From NCBI GenBank assembly GCA_040904565.1, contig JBBDTI010000031.1:9766-73765 (forward strand): a stretch of DNA of 64,000 nt, written 5' to 3'. Made by a program: the position numbers and the translations under genes. The stretch is from Rhodothermales bacterium. Its GTDB lineage: Bacteria > Bacteroidota > Rhodothermia > Rhodothermales > VXPQ01. Shown here in pieces: positions 55,697-64,000 of the stretch; position 1 is the stretch's first letter, and each line of letters starts with the position of its first letter. The notes under the pieces were generated by a model. The model was not told where the DNA came from and did no database searches. It worked only from the letters and a program-made list of their open reading frames with translations.

Positions 55697-56560
55697 CTAG
55701 TTCGTGTACCCGTTGGCGGCTTCGGATGAGCCGGAGAGGGCCGCCCCGCCGCTCGGTTCGCCGATGGGCTCCTGCGCTTCGTCGGGATCGAGAAACGACT
55801 CGCTGTTCTTGATGATCTCCCTCGCCAGCGCGATATAGTTTCGTGCCCCGACGCACGTAGCATCGTAAAGGATGACCGGCTTTCCAAAGCTGGGCGCCTC
55901 TGAGAGGCGGACGTTACGCTGAATGATCGTGTTGAAGACCTTGTCTCCAAAATAGCGGCGCACCTCCTCGGCGACCTGATTCGAAAGTCGCAGCCTGGTG
56001 TCGAACATCGTCAAGAGCACCCCCTCGATCTCGAGGTTCTTATTGAGGTGCTGCCGTACGATCTTGATCGTGTTGAGCAGCTGCCCGAGCCCCTCCAGCG
56101 CAAAATATTCCGCCTGAACGGGGATAAGCACGGAATGCGAGGCGGTCAGCGCGTTGACCGTGAGCAATCCAAGAGACGGAGGGCAGTCGATTATGACGAA
56201 GTCATACGAGCGCCGGACACTGCGCAGCGCACGCTTGAGAATGCGTTCTCTTTCCGCCACGTCAACCATCTCGATTTCCGCTCCGACCAGGTTGATGTGG
56301 CTCGGAACGACGTCGAGAAAGTCCATTTCCGTCGACCGCACCGCGTCTTCGACGGGAATGTCGCCGATCAACACTTCATAGGTCGAATTGCCCGGCGTCT
56401 TGTGTTCGATCCCAATGCCTGAGGTGGCGTTCGCCTGGGGGTCGACGTCAATAAGAAGAGTCGGGTGCTCCGTCGCAGCCAGCGATGCCGCGAGGTTAAT
56501 CGACGTCGTCGTCTTACCTACGCCGCCTTTCTGGTTGGCGACCGAAATGACTTTTCCCAT
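55697..56560 (-). CDS. parA: chromosome partitioning ATPase ParA/Soj
   Basis: [25 protein letters not shown] (deviant Walker A), [20 protein letters not shown]. It has a ~35-aa acidic C-terminal extension. Confidence 0.95.
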   Translation of the reverse strand: MGKVISVANQKGGVGKTTTSINLAASLAATEHPTLLIDVDPQANATSGIGIEHKTPGNSTYEVLIGDIPVEDAVRSTEMDFLDVVPSHINLVGAEIEMVDVAERERILKRALRSVRRSYDFVIIDCPPSLGLLTVNALTASHSVLIPVQAEYFALEGLGQLLNTIKIVRQHLNKNLEIEGVLLTMFDTRLRLSNQVAEEVRRYFGDKVFNTIIQRNVRLSEAPSFGKPVILYDATCVGARNYIALAREIIKNSESFLDPDEAQEPIGEPSGGAALSGSSEAANGYTN

Positions 56561-56811
56561 TGACTACCTGAGTTACTGACGTGACGTCCAGCTTCATGCG
56601 TTGATTTGGCCGGTCTGTTCTCGAGCGCCCAATCTATGAAGATTCGCGCTCCCAAACCAGTTGGGATAGGGGTCCGCACCTTCCTATCCTCTAATTCATT
56701 CGTGGTTTCATCGTTTATGCAAGTTATTGATTATAATGATCTTGTATAAAATTGGATCTTCCGTATGTCTGAGCGATAGGGTTGACGCGGTAGCGGCGCG
56801 GCGTTTATTAC

Positions 56812-58959
56812 GTGGTGTCGTTTGCGTACTCTGTGAGCGTCTCTACGAATCCATTTCTCTCATCGTACATCGTGGCCCGCCGATTCGTACTGAAATCAGA
56901 TGATCGTGACGGGCTGGACGGCCAGCTCACGATCGATTATGCGGCGGAGCTGAACGAACAGCAGCTGGCAGCGGCCACGGCGTCGGGGGGACCCATACTG
57001 GTCGTCGCGGGCGCCGGTACCGGCAAGACGCGGACGCTCGTATATCGGGTAGCCTATCTCGTCGAGACGGGCGTCGAGCCGGATCAGATCGTGCTGCTGA
57101 CCTTCACCCGTCGGTCTGCCCGAGAGATGCTGACCCGCGCCGCAACGCTGCTCGACGGTCGCTGCACGCGCGTGGCCGGAGGGACGTTTCATTCGTTCTC
57201 TCTCGGCATCCTGCGCCGTTACGCCGGTATGCTCGGCTATCCTAACCATTTCAACATCCTGGATGCGGCCGATGCGGCTGACGTGGTCGACGTGCTGCGC
57301 ACCAGGAAGGGGCTGCATCGGACCGACAAGCGCTTTCCCCGGAAAAAGACCATCCACACGATCTTCTCGTCCGCCACCAATCGCGGCCAACCGCTCGAAG
57401 AGTTGCTGGAGTCGAAGTATCCTCAGTTTTTCGAGTTCGTCGACGAACTCGCGGAGCTTCGAGGCGCCTATGCCGAATACAAGCGGGATCACGGTCTGAT
57501 GGACTACGACGATCTGCTGCTGCGCACGCTGGAGCTCTTCGACGATCATCCGAACGTGGAGAAGCAGGTCGCCGCCGGCTGCCGTCACGTGCTCGTCGAC
57601 GAGTATCAGGACACGAACCGTCTTCAGGCGGAGCTCGTAGCGCGATTCGCGTCGGTGCACGGCAACGTGATGGTCGTGGGGGACGATGCCCAGAGCATCT
57701 ATCGGTTTCGTGGGGCGGACTTCCGAAACATCTTCGAGTATCCACAGCGATTCGACGGTGCACGCGTGCTCAAGCTGGAGAAGAATTACCGATCTAATCA
57801 GCCGATTCTAGACCTGGCCAACCATCTCATCCGGAAGGCCTCGCGAAAGTATGAAAAGACGCTGCACAGCGACATCAAGGGAGGGGAGCGGCCGGCCGTC
57901 GTCCCGGCGCCCGACGATCGGGACGAGAGCCGCTTCGTGAGTCAGATGGTGCTTCACCTCCGCGAGCAGGGCGTGGCTCTCAACCGAATGGCCGTGCTGT
58001 TTCGAAGCAGCTTCAACTCGTACGATCTCGAGATCGAGCTGAACCGTCACAATATCCCGTTCGTGAAATACGGCGGACTAAAACTGAGTGAAGCGGCGCA
58101 CATCAAGGACGCAGCCGCCCATCTCAAGGTGGTCGAGAATCCGATGGATGCCATTTCGTGGAACCGCGTCCTTCAGCTCCTGGACGGAATCGGGCCGAAG
58201 ACGGCGGCGGATCTCATCGACTGGATCACGGCGGCCGAAGAGGACCCGTTCCTCATAGAAGATCGGCCGTTTTCGCCGCGCTACGTCGATGAGATCAAGA
58301 AACTGTTCGAGATGTTGCGTAAGCTTCGCAACGGCGACCTTGCACTGGTCGACCAGGTGGAAGCCGTCGTCACGTATTACGAACCCATTCTTAAGCGGCG
58401 CTATTACGAGGATTATCCGAAGCGCCTGCAGGACCTCGAGCATTTTGTGGCGCTGGCCGGAAATTTCGAGGAGCGAGGCGCCTTTCTGGCCTCCATGGCG
58501 CTCGATCCTATCGAACTGACGGCGCTCGACGCCGATCCGTCAGAGGAGGATGAGGCGCCCCTCGTGCTGTCCACCATTCATTCGGCGAAGGGTCTCGAAT
58601 TCCATACGGTGTTCATCATTCACGCGCTCGACGGCGTCCTTCCGTCAGGCTATGCCTTGAAGGATCCCGATGCGATCGACGAAGAGCTCCGCCTGCTGTA
58701 CGTGGCCGTGACGCGGGCCGAGGAGAATCTGTTCATCTCGTATCCTATTTTGCAGTATCGGCGGTATCAGGGGCAGTACCTGACCGAACCGAGCCGTTTT
58801 ATTCAGGACGTACCCGATAATTTGCTCGAAGAAATGAAGCTCGTTGAGGAAGAGTCGACCTCGCTCCCCGAGACCGGGGAGGTGCCACTCCTCGGAGGGC
58901 GCGGGCCGGACGACCCGTCGCGGTCGGAGTCCGAATCGGATGACGCATTGCCGTTCTGA
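56812..58959 (+). CDS. UvrD/PcrA/Rep-family ATP-dependent DNA helicase
   Basis: LNEQQLAAATASGGPILVVAGAGTGKTRTLVYRV (motifs Q/I), VDEYQDTN (II), GDDAQSIYRFRGA (III), YRSN, STIHSAKGLEF (V), YVAVTRA (VI). The start is uncertain: the track uses GTG at 56812, and an in-frame GTG at 56872 is an alternative. Confidence 0.9.
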   Translation: MVSFAYSVSVSTNPFLSSYIVARRFVLKSDDRDGLDGQLTIDYAAELNEQQLAAATASGGPILVVAGAGTGKTRTLVYRVAYLVETGVEPDQIVLLTFTRRSAREMLTRAATLLDGRCTRVAGGTFHSFSLGILRRYAGMLGYPNHFNILDAADAADVVDVLRTRKGLHRTDKRFPRKKTIHTIFSSATNRGQPLEELLESKYPQFFEFVDELAELRGAYAEYKRDHGLMDYDDLLLRTLELFDDHPNVEKQVAAGCRHVLVDEYQDTNRLQAELVARFASVHGNVMVVGDDAQSIYRFRGADFRNIFEYPQRFDGARVLKLEKNYRSNQPILDLANHLIRKASRKYEKTLHSDIKGGERPAVVPAPDDRDESRFVSQMVLHLREQGVALNRMAVLFRSSFNSYDLEIELNRHNIPFVKYGGLKLSEAAHIKDAAAHLKVVENPMDAISWNRVLQLLDGIGPKTAADLIDWITAAEEDPFLIEDRPFSPRYVDEIKKLFEMLRKLRNGDLALVDQVEAVVTYYEPILKRRYYEDYPKRLQDLEHFVALAGNFEERGAFLASMALDPIELTALDADPSEEDEAPLVLSTIHSAKGLEFHTVFIIHALDGVLPSGYALKDPDAIDEELRLLYVAVTRAEENLFISYPILQYRRYQGQYLTEPSRFIQDVPDNLLEEMKLVEEESTSLPETGEVPLLGGRGPDDPSRSESESDDALPF

Positions 58960-58965
58960 TCGACC

Positions 58966-59439
58966 ATGAGCGTACGTCCCGCGAAGAGTTCTTTCCTCTC
59001 TCACCCGGATGCCGGTACACGGATCGAGGAAGTAGATTTCGACGCTATCGAGACGATCCGGGAGATGAACGTCGCCATCTTCGATGAGGTACGCATCATC
59101 AATACGTTCGACCGGGAAGACCTGATGATGCTGATCGCGTGGGTGGAGGATCGGCCGGCCGGTTTTAAGGTCGGCTATCGCGAGAACCGCTTCGCCTTCT
59201 ACAGCGCCAAAGGCGGTGTGCTGCCGGAATATCGCCGGCAGGGTCTGGCACGACAGCTGTTGCTGTACATGATGGAGGAAGCCAGGCGCCGCGGGTACGT
59301 CCGCCTCACGTACGATACCTTCCCGAATCGCGATCGGGGGATGACGATTCTGGGCCTCAACGAAGGGTTTCGCGTCGTGAAGGCCGATTTTAACAAAACC
59401 TACAAGGACTGGCGACTACGACTCGAAAAACGGCTCTAG
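58966..59439 (+). CDS. GNAT family N-acetyltransferase
   Basis: 157 aa with the acetyl-CoA-binding motif A, LPEYRRQGLARQLLLYMMEEARRRGY. Confidence 0.8.
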   Translation: MSVRPAKSSFLSHPDAGTRIEEVDFDAIETIREMNVAIFDEVRIINTFDREDLMMLIAWVEDRPAGFKVGYRENRFAFYSAKGGVLPEYRRQGLARQLLLYMMEEARRRGYVRLTYDTFPNRDRGMTILGLNEGFRVVKADFNKTYKDWRLRLEKRL

Positions 59440-59467
59440 CGAGGACGTCCTTCGGCCACCCGAGGCA

Positions 59468-59626
59468 CTAGAACAGGGCGTAGACGAAGGGTGCCAGCGC
59501 CGACCCCTGCGTCATAACCATAAGCAGGCTCAGCATGACGAGCATCAGAACGATGGGCGCCAGCCAGAATTTTTTGCGGATGCGCAGGAAGGTCCAAAAT
59601 TCGCGAAGAATGGAAGTTTTTGCCAT
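59468..59626 (-). CDS. 52-aa membrane micro-protein, DUF5989-like
   Basis: Below the track's size cutoff. Hand translation from ATG 59626 gives MAKTSILREFWTFLRIRKKFWLAPIVLMLVMLSLLMVMTQGSALAPFVYALF, with stop TAG at 59470..59468. The pattern (E)FW.F.R.RKKFWL.PI...L...G.L.V...GSA.APF.Y.LF is what I remember for DUF5989-type peptides. Confidence 0.6.
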   Translation of the reverse strand: MAKTSILREFWTFLRIRKKFWLAPIVLMLVMLSLLMVMTQGSALAPFVYALF

Positions 59627-59725
59627 GAGTTGGGCTGGTATGGACGTTGGAGAGCGTTGTATTCTGGCCGTACTCGACGGCGACGTGCGGGGTCGCCGCG
59701 CACCTCGGATAATTACTCCAATTTC

Positions 59726-60430
59726 ATGCCGAACACAGATTCTGCCAAGCTAGCCGCCGGAAAACATGCGGCTGCACTCGTTGAAAACGGGATGCACGTC
59801 GGCCTGGGTACCGGGTCTACGACGGCTTTTGCGCTCGAAGAGCTCGGGCGGCGCATTCGCGAGGAGGGGTTGTCCGTCGTCGGGACGCCCACGTCGTCCG
59901 CTTCGGAACGGATGGCCCGGCGCGTCGGAATACCCCTCGTAAGCCTCGACGAGGTGGATCGGCTCGACATCGCGCTGGACGGAGCCGATGAGGTCGATCC
60001 TGATCTGAACCTGATCAAGGGACGAGGTGCGGCGCATACACGCGAGAAGATCGTGGCATCGCTGGCCGACCGGTTCGTCGTGCTGGCTGACGAATCGAAG
60101 CTGGTCGAGCGTCTGGGCGTTCGGGCGCCCGTACCCGTCGAGGTACTTCCCATGGCCGCGCATCCCGTCGAACGGGCTCTTGCACGACTGGGCGGCGCGG
60201 CGGTGCTGCGCATGGGGCAACGGAAGGACGGCCCCGTGGTGACCGATCAAGGTTTCTGGATCCTCGACGTGACCTTCGAAGGGATCGACGATCCTGACGG
60301 ATTGAATGCGGCCATCAAGCAGCTTCCGGGGGTTCTCGATCACGGCCTGTTCGTTCACCTGGCCTCGGATGTGATCGTCGGACAGGAAAACGGTACGTAT
60401 CGGGTCATCTCCACCGACGACTCGACGTAA
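59726..60430 (+). CDS. rpiA: ribose-5-phosphate isomerase A
   Basis: ATG at 59726 (MPNTDSAKLAAGKHAAALVENGMHVGLGTGSTTAF...). Signatures: DGADEVD, LIKGRGAAHTREKIVA, VTDQG. Confidence 0.9.
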   Translation: MPNTDSAKLAAGKHAAALVENGMHVGLGTGSTTAFALEELGRRIREEGLSVVGTPTSSASERMARRVGIPLVSLDEVDRLDIALDGADEVDPDLNLIKGRGAAHTREKIVASLADRFVVLADESKLVERLGVRAPVPVEVLPMAAHPVERALARLGGAAVLRMGQRKDGPVVTDQGFWILDVTFEGIDDPDGLNAAIKQLPGVLDHGLFVHLASDVIVGQENGTYRVISTDDST

Positions 60431-60473
60431 GCGCGATGGCGTAAGGATCTATAGTTCTGAGCGCGCGAAGGCG

Positions 60474-61064
60474 TCAGCTTCCATGGCTCGGTGGGAAGAT
60501 TTCGGATACGTGCAGCGTGTCGCCTCCCGGCAAATGCAGGTCCGTCGGTGTTTCTCGAAGCGCATAGACGTTTCGCTCGGGCAGGCTATAGACGTCGACG
60601 ATGCGCTCGTGGACGTCTACGATCCACACTATCGGGACGCCGGCACGTGCGTAGCGTTCGAGCTTGACGTCCCTGTCGTAGGCGATGCTCGTGTCCGCCA
60701 CCTCGACGACCACCAGCGCATGCGGACCGAGAATAGGCCCGTCCGGGTCCCGATCCGGACGTAAGATGACGAGATCGGGCTGCGGCTCGGTGTACGCGGA
60801 GAGCCGCAGCGGATTCCGTGGGCTGATCGGAAAGGGCGTTCGGTGGATACAGAGCCGCGTCAGCTTGGTGACGGTGTTCGCGTGCGGCCAGCCGATCGGT
60901 TCCATGACGATCAATCGACCGTCGATCAGCTCCACGCGGTCGTCGTCGTTAAGAATGCCCGCTTCCACCATCGCGTGCATGTCGTCCGCCGAGATGCGCC
61001 GAAGCGGCGCGTCGGCCAGGTTCATGGCGGTCTCCGGTTGATGCATCGTCCAGCGTTCTCGCAT
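60474..61064 (-). CDS. Uma2 (DUF820) family PD-(D/E)xK endonuclease-like protein
   Basis: RVELIDGRLIVMEPIGWPHA...PDLVIL...VVEVADTSIAYDRDVKLERYARAGVPIVWIVD is the typical Uma2 core. The start is ambiguous (in-frame ATGs at 61064, 61046 and 61025). Confidence 0.8.
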   Translation of the reverse strand: MRERWTMHQPETAMNLADAPLRRISADDMHAMVEAGILNDDDRVELIDGRLIVMEPIGWPHANTVTKLTRLCIHRTPFPISPRNPLRLSAYTEPQPDLVILRPDRDPDGPILGPHALVVVEVADTSIAYDRDVKLERYARAGVPIVWIVDVHERIVDVYSLPERNVYALRETPTDLHLPGGDTLHVSEIFPPSHGS

Positions 61065-61098
61065 ATAGACACGCTCGGCGTCGCCGCATAACCTCCAA

Positions 61099-61132
61099 CA
61101 ACAAAAAAGCCCCGCTCACAGAGGAGCGGGGC
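61099..61132 (-). terminator. intrinsic terminator downstream of tonB
   Basis: The minus strand reads GCCCCGCUC-CUCUGU-GAGCGGGGC (a perfect 9-bp GC-rich stem, 61132..61109) followed by UUUUUUGUUGUU. Confidence 0.75.
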
Positions 61133-61250
61133 TTCTTGATACGTGTTGATACGTGTCTGGCGGACGATGATACGGACGACCCCGTTTGGAGGGCGTATGC
61201 AGCCCGCACGAAATCCGGCCGCCGCGCATCCCGAGAACCAGGTGAACCGG

Positions 61251-61913
61251 TTAGTTAAGCCGGAACGTGATCGGGAGCGACATCTTTACCTTGACGGGAC
61301 GACCGCGCTGCTGGCCGGGCGTAAACGTTGCCTGCCGCACGGCACGGACGGCTTCTTCGTCGCATCCGGCACCGATGCCGCGGACGACGACGGGATCCTG
61401 CACGTTACCCTGTTCGTCGACGACGAACTGAACGATGACCCGCCCTTCGACGCCGGCCTTTTTGGCGATTTCCGGATACTTGATCTTGCTCTGGATGGAG
61501 TTCAGCCCGCCGATCAATTCGGGCATCTGCTCCACGATAACGAAGATTTCCGGCTCCTCTTCTTCTTCCTCTTCAACAGGCGGCGGAGGCGGCGGTGCCG
61601 CGGCCACCGGCGCGTCCAGATCCAGCGACGCATCCAGGTCGAGTGCTACATCTTCCAGGACCTCGTCGTTCGGTACCTCAACGGGGACCGGAGGCTTCGG
61701 CGGAGGCGGCGGCTGCTCGATCTGCGTCGTCTGCTGCACCTCTTCCATGGTAATCTGCTCCTGCTCCGGCATGTCGATCTTGAAATCTGAATTCGAGGAC
61801 CAGTCGACGCGGAACCCGACAATCAGGACACCCAGTGCCACGACGAGACCGATCTCGATGTAGAGCGGATACCTGTTGTGCAGGTTAGCATTGTCTTCTT
61901 TGCGTACGGGCAT
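61251..61913 (-). CDS. tonB: energy transducer TonB
   Basis: An N-terminal TM anchor (LYIEIGLVVALGVLIVGF), a Pro-rich spacer (QPPPPPKPPVPVEVP...APPPPPPVEEEEEEEPE) and a C-terminal TonB domain (YPEIAKKAGVEGRVIVQFVVDEQGNV...GRPVKVKMSLPITFRL). Confidence 0.85.
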   Translation of the reverse strand: MPVRKEDNANLHNRYPLYIEIGLVVALGVLIVGFRVDWSSNSDFKIDMPEQEQITMEEVQQTTQIEQPPPPPKPPVPVEVPNDEVLEDVALDLDASLDLDAPVAAAPPPPPPVEEEEEEEPEIFVIVEQMPELIGGLNSIQSKIKYPEIAKKAGVEGRVIVQFVVDEQGNVQDPVVVRGIGAGCDEEAVRAVRQATFTPGQQRGRPVKVKMSLPITFRLN

Positions 61914-61926
61914 GTCGGCGGTCTCT

Positions 61927-61959
61927 GTAAGTACGGTGTAAGTACGGCGTAAGTACGGC
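61927..61959. repeat. 11-bp tandem repeat x3 in the tonB 5' leader
   Basis: The plus strand reads GTAAGTACGGT GTAAGTACGGC GTAAGTACGGC; the tonB-sense strand reads GCCGTACTTAC GCCGTACTTAC ACCGTACTTAC. The repeat lies 14-46 nt upstream of the tonB ATG at 61913. Confidence 0.8.
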
Positions 61960-62056
61960 GATCGGATAAACAGGCCGGGATGAAACGTGGGATCCCCGCC
62001 GGTAACGTTTCACTAGAACTGCTCAACCTCCGGAAATCGAATTCGGTTCCGTGAAT

Positions 62057-62482
62057 TCAGTCCGGGCGTGTGGGCTTAGGTGGTCTTTCTGTCGCCGCGC
62101 TAGACGTGGGGTCATGTCCACCGGAGGATGGGGGATGCCTGGAGGGGCGCCAGAAGAGGTAACCCGCGACGCCGCTGAGGAGTCCGGCCGTGTTGGCCAG
62201 GGCGTCGAACAGATCCGGATCGCGGTGGAAGGGAATCAGTCCCTGATAGATCTCCGTTCCACCGGCGAGCAGGAGTCCGGCTACGATTACGTTTCGCACG
62301 GCGGACGTCCGACCGTTGCGGGTCACGTGGAGCCAGAGGACGGCGAAGCCGACGAATAATCCGAAGTGAACGAACTTATCGGCTCCCACAATGCTCGTTC
62401 CGGGGAGGTTCTGGCCCGGGAGGGTGCACAGGGCTACGATGAGCAGCGTCCAGCCGACGGCGGCGGCAAATCTCCAGGTCAT
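62057..62482 (-). CDS. VanZ family membrane protein
   Basis: The ATG at 62482 overlaps the nnr stop (ATGA). MTWRFAAAVGWTLLIVALCTLPG...DKFVHFGLFVGFAVLW...GGTEIYQGLIPFHRDPDLFDALANTAG is the VanZ-like 4-TM pattern. Confidence 0.75.
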   Translation of the reverse strand: MTWRFAAAVGWTLLIVALCTLPGQNLPGTSIVGADKFVHFGLFVGFAVLWLHVTRNGRTSAVRNVIVAGLLLAGGTEIYQGLIPFHRDPDLFDALANTAGLLSGVAGYLFWRPSRHPPSSGGHDPTSSAATERPPKPTRPD

Positions 62483-64000
62483 GAATGAAGTCGATCCTTC
62501 ATGACGGGAGGAAGCGAATCGAGCAGATCCATGGCCTGCAAGGAGCGGGCGGATCGGTCCCGTGTATACCGGTCGGCTGCCGCTCCCCCCAGATGAAGTG
62601 CGGAGATGGCGGCCTGCTCCGGGCTGAGTCCCTGGGCGAGGAGTCCTACGCACAATCCGGCCAGTACGTCGCCGGTACCGGCGGAGGCGAGCGCGGGTCC
62701 GCCCGTGGCGTTGATCCATGCGGACCCATCTGGGGTGGCGGTTACGCTCGGCAATCCCTTCAGGATGAGCACGCAGTTCCACGCCCGGGCGAAGTGCTGC
62801 GCGAGGGCGACGCGGTCGTCAGGATCGATATCCACCGCATCGAGCTCGCGGCCGGCGAGGCGTCTAAATTCGCCCATATGCGGGGTAAGGATCCAGCGAC
62901 CACGAGCGTGCTCGGTGATAAAATCTGTCTGTCCAGAAAGTGCGTTGAGTCCGTCCGCGTCGATTACGACGGGCAGCCGTGCGCTTTCAAGGAGCCGCCG
63001 CACGAACTCCTGCGTATCGGGAGCTCGCCCGAGGCCGCAGCCTACCAGCAGGGCGCCGGCTTTCTCGAGCCGCGGGCTCAGTGCCTCCAGCCCACCATCA
63101 GGACCGATGCCGCGGTCGGAGGCCGGTAGCGGTATGGTGGTAATCTCCGTAAGTTTGCCGGCGAGCACGTCCTGAATCCGTTCGTCGCAACCGCAAACGA
63201 CGTAGCCGGCGCCGACGCGTGCTGCTGCCGAAGCCGCCATCACGGGGGCCCCGGTCATGCCCCTTGACCCTGCGACGACGAGGGCGAGTCCGACCGAATA
63301 CTTATGGGCATCGCCCCCGCGCTCGGGCATCCACCCGCGAACGATATCATCGGAGGAGAGGCGAGCGCATCCGGATCCGTGCTCCTCGCCGGCGCGGAGG
63401 AGCGCGAAGTGCGGGATGCCGATTTCGAGGACCTCGACGCGGCCGGCGTACGAGGGGCCATCGTTGAGGAGCAGGCCGGGCTTGGCCGCGCCCATCGTAT
63501 AGGTTTCGTCGGCACGGAAGGCCACGCCGAGCGGCCTCCCGACGTCGGCGTGCAGTCCGGTCGGAATGTCTACCGCGACCTTCTGGCCGGACGCTGCGTT
63601 AAGTCGGGCAACGAGTCCGCGCACGGGTTCCCGTAGATCGCTCGTCAGACCCGTTCCCAGCAGCGCGTCGACGTGCACGTCGACGTCCGGCAGCGGTGCG
63701 TCGTCTTCCAGCCGGGCGATATGCAGTCGGGAATCGGGCATCGTACTGCCGAGACGTTCGAGAAGCTCGAAATGGGCGTCGGCATCGGTGGACATCGAGC
63801 CAGGCCCGGCGAGATGGATGACGTGTACGTCTGCACCCGCGTCGCAAAGGTAGCGCGCGATGACGAATCCGTCACCGCCGTTGTTGCCCTTCCCGCAGTA
63901 GATGGCGAACGACGCGGCCGATCCGAAGCGGCGAAGCAGCTCGTACGCGGCACCGCGCCCGGCCGATTCCATCAGCGTGAAGCCCGGAATGCCGAATCGA
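62479..64000 (-). CDS. nnr: bifunctional NAD(P)H-hydrate repair enzyme (epimerase/ADP-dependent dehydratase), 5' end cut by window edge
   Basis: The YjeF_N part is ...GIPGFTLMESAGRGAAYELL...IYCGKGNNGGDGFVIAR; the reading frame stays open to base 64000. The carbohydrate-kinase part is KYSVGLALVVAGSRGMTGAPVMAA...TGGPALASAGTGDVLAG. Confidence 0.9.
   Translation of the reverse strand, partial: RFGIPGFTLMESAGRGAAYELLRRFGSAASFAIYCGKGNNGGDGFVIARYLCDAGADVHVIHLAGPGSMSTDADAHFELLERLGSTMPDSRLHIARLEDDAPLPDVDVHVDALLGTGLTSDLREPVRGLVARLNAASGQKVAVDIPTGLHADVGRPLGVAFRADETYTMGAAKPGLLLNDGPSYAGRVEVLEIGIPHFALLRAGEEHGSGCARLSSDDIVRGWMPERGGDAHKYSVGLALVVAGSRGMTGAPVMAASAAARVGAGYVVCGCDERIQDVLAGKLTEITTIPLPASDRGIGPDGGLEALSPRLEKAGALLVGCGLGRAPDTQEFVRRLLESARLPVVIDADGLNALSGQTDFITEHARGRWILTPHMGEFRRLAGRELDAVDIDPDDRVALAQHFARAWNCVLILKGLPSVTATPDGSAWINATGGPALASAGTGDVLAGLCVGLLAQGLSPEQAAISALHLGGAAADRYTRDRSARSLQAMDLLDSLPPVMKDRLHS

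Noticed and set aside
56561-56811. oriC next to parA (AT-rich patch 56690-56760)
   Set aside because: There are no clustered DnaA boxes (TTATCCACA/TGTGGATAA) in this spacer, and dnaA, dnaN and gid genes are absent. It is more simply a divergent parA/helicase promoter region.
1-64000. CRISPR arrays, IS elements/transposases, integrases, prophage genes, toxin-antitoxin pairs, rRNA/tRNA genes
   Set aside because: I looked for regularly spaced direct repeats, DDE/tyrosine-recombinase-like translations and cloverleaf-capable sequences while reading the window, and found none. The only nuclease-like accessory gene is a solitary Uma2-family ORF (60474-61064) with no partner.

Overview
This is a GC-rich, densely coding chromosomal core segment. 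I support about 52 protein genes plus a few promoters, terminators and repeats. The gene content is SprA (a T9SS translocon of about 2,640 aa), a BatA-E aerotolerance locus, parA-parB followed by a DUF5683 gene, TonB-dependent receptor genes, and TTGACA-17-TATAAT-type promoters. By inference this points to a Bacteroidota/Rhodothermota-like (Rhodothermus/Salinibacter-type) organism. Housekeeping genes recognised from the translations are nfi, proS, mltG, chorismate mutase, tsaD, rsfS, lipB, dnaX-ybaB-recR, cobB (Sir2), purQ, rpiA, parAB, a UvrD-like helicase, tonB and nnr. I found no rRNA, tRNA, CRISPR array, transposase or integrase. Most long ORFs in the supplied track that lie antisense to these genes are GC-driven shadow ORFs. 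The most interesting signal is an ORF-free stretch of about 1.45 kb (44635-46089). It holds a perfect sigma70-type promoter (TTGACG-17 nt-TATAAT), then about 1.03 kb packed with UUCG/GNRA-capped hairpins, and ends in a strong intrinsic terminator. I interpret this as a candidate large structured ncRNA that I cannot assign to any family I know. Secondary leads are: a Bat locus with an embedded, translationally coupled sirtuin and no adjacent MoxR; a NUDIX::eIF-2B-family fusion; a GT/SPT-like/GNAT/membrane-protein lipid cluster; an Arg/Ser/Thr-rich disordered lipoprotein; an 11-bp x3 tandem repeat in the tonB leader; and an unlisted 52-aa DUF5989-like micro-ORF. All calls come from reading the sequence and translations by eye. 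No database search was run.
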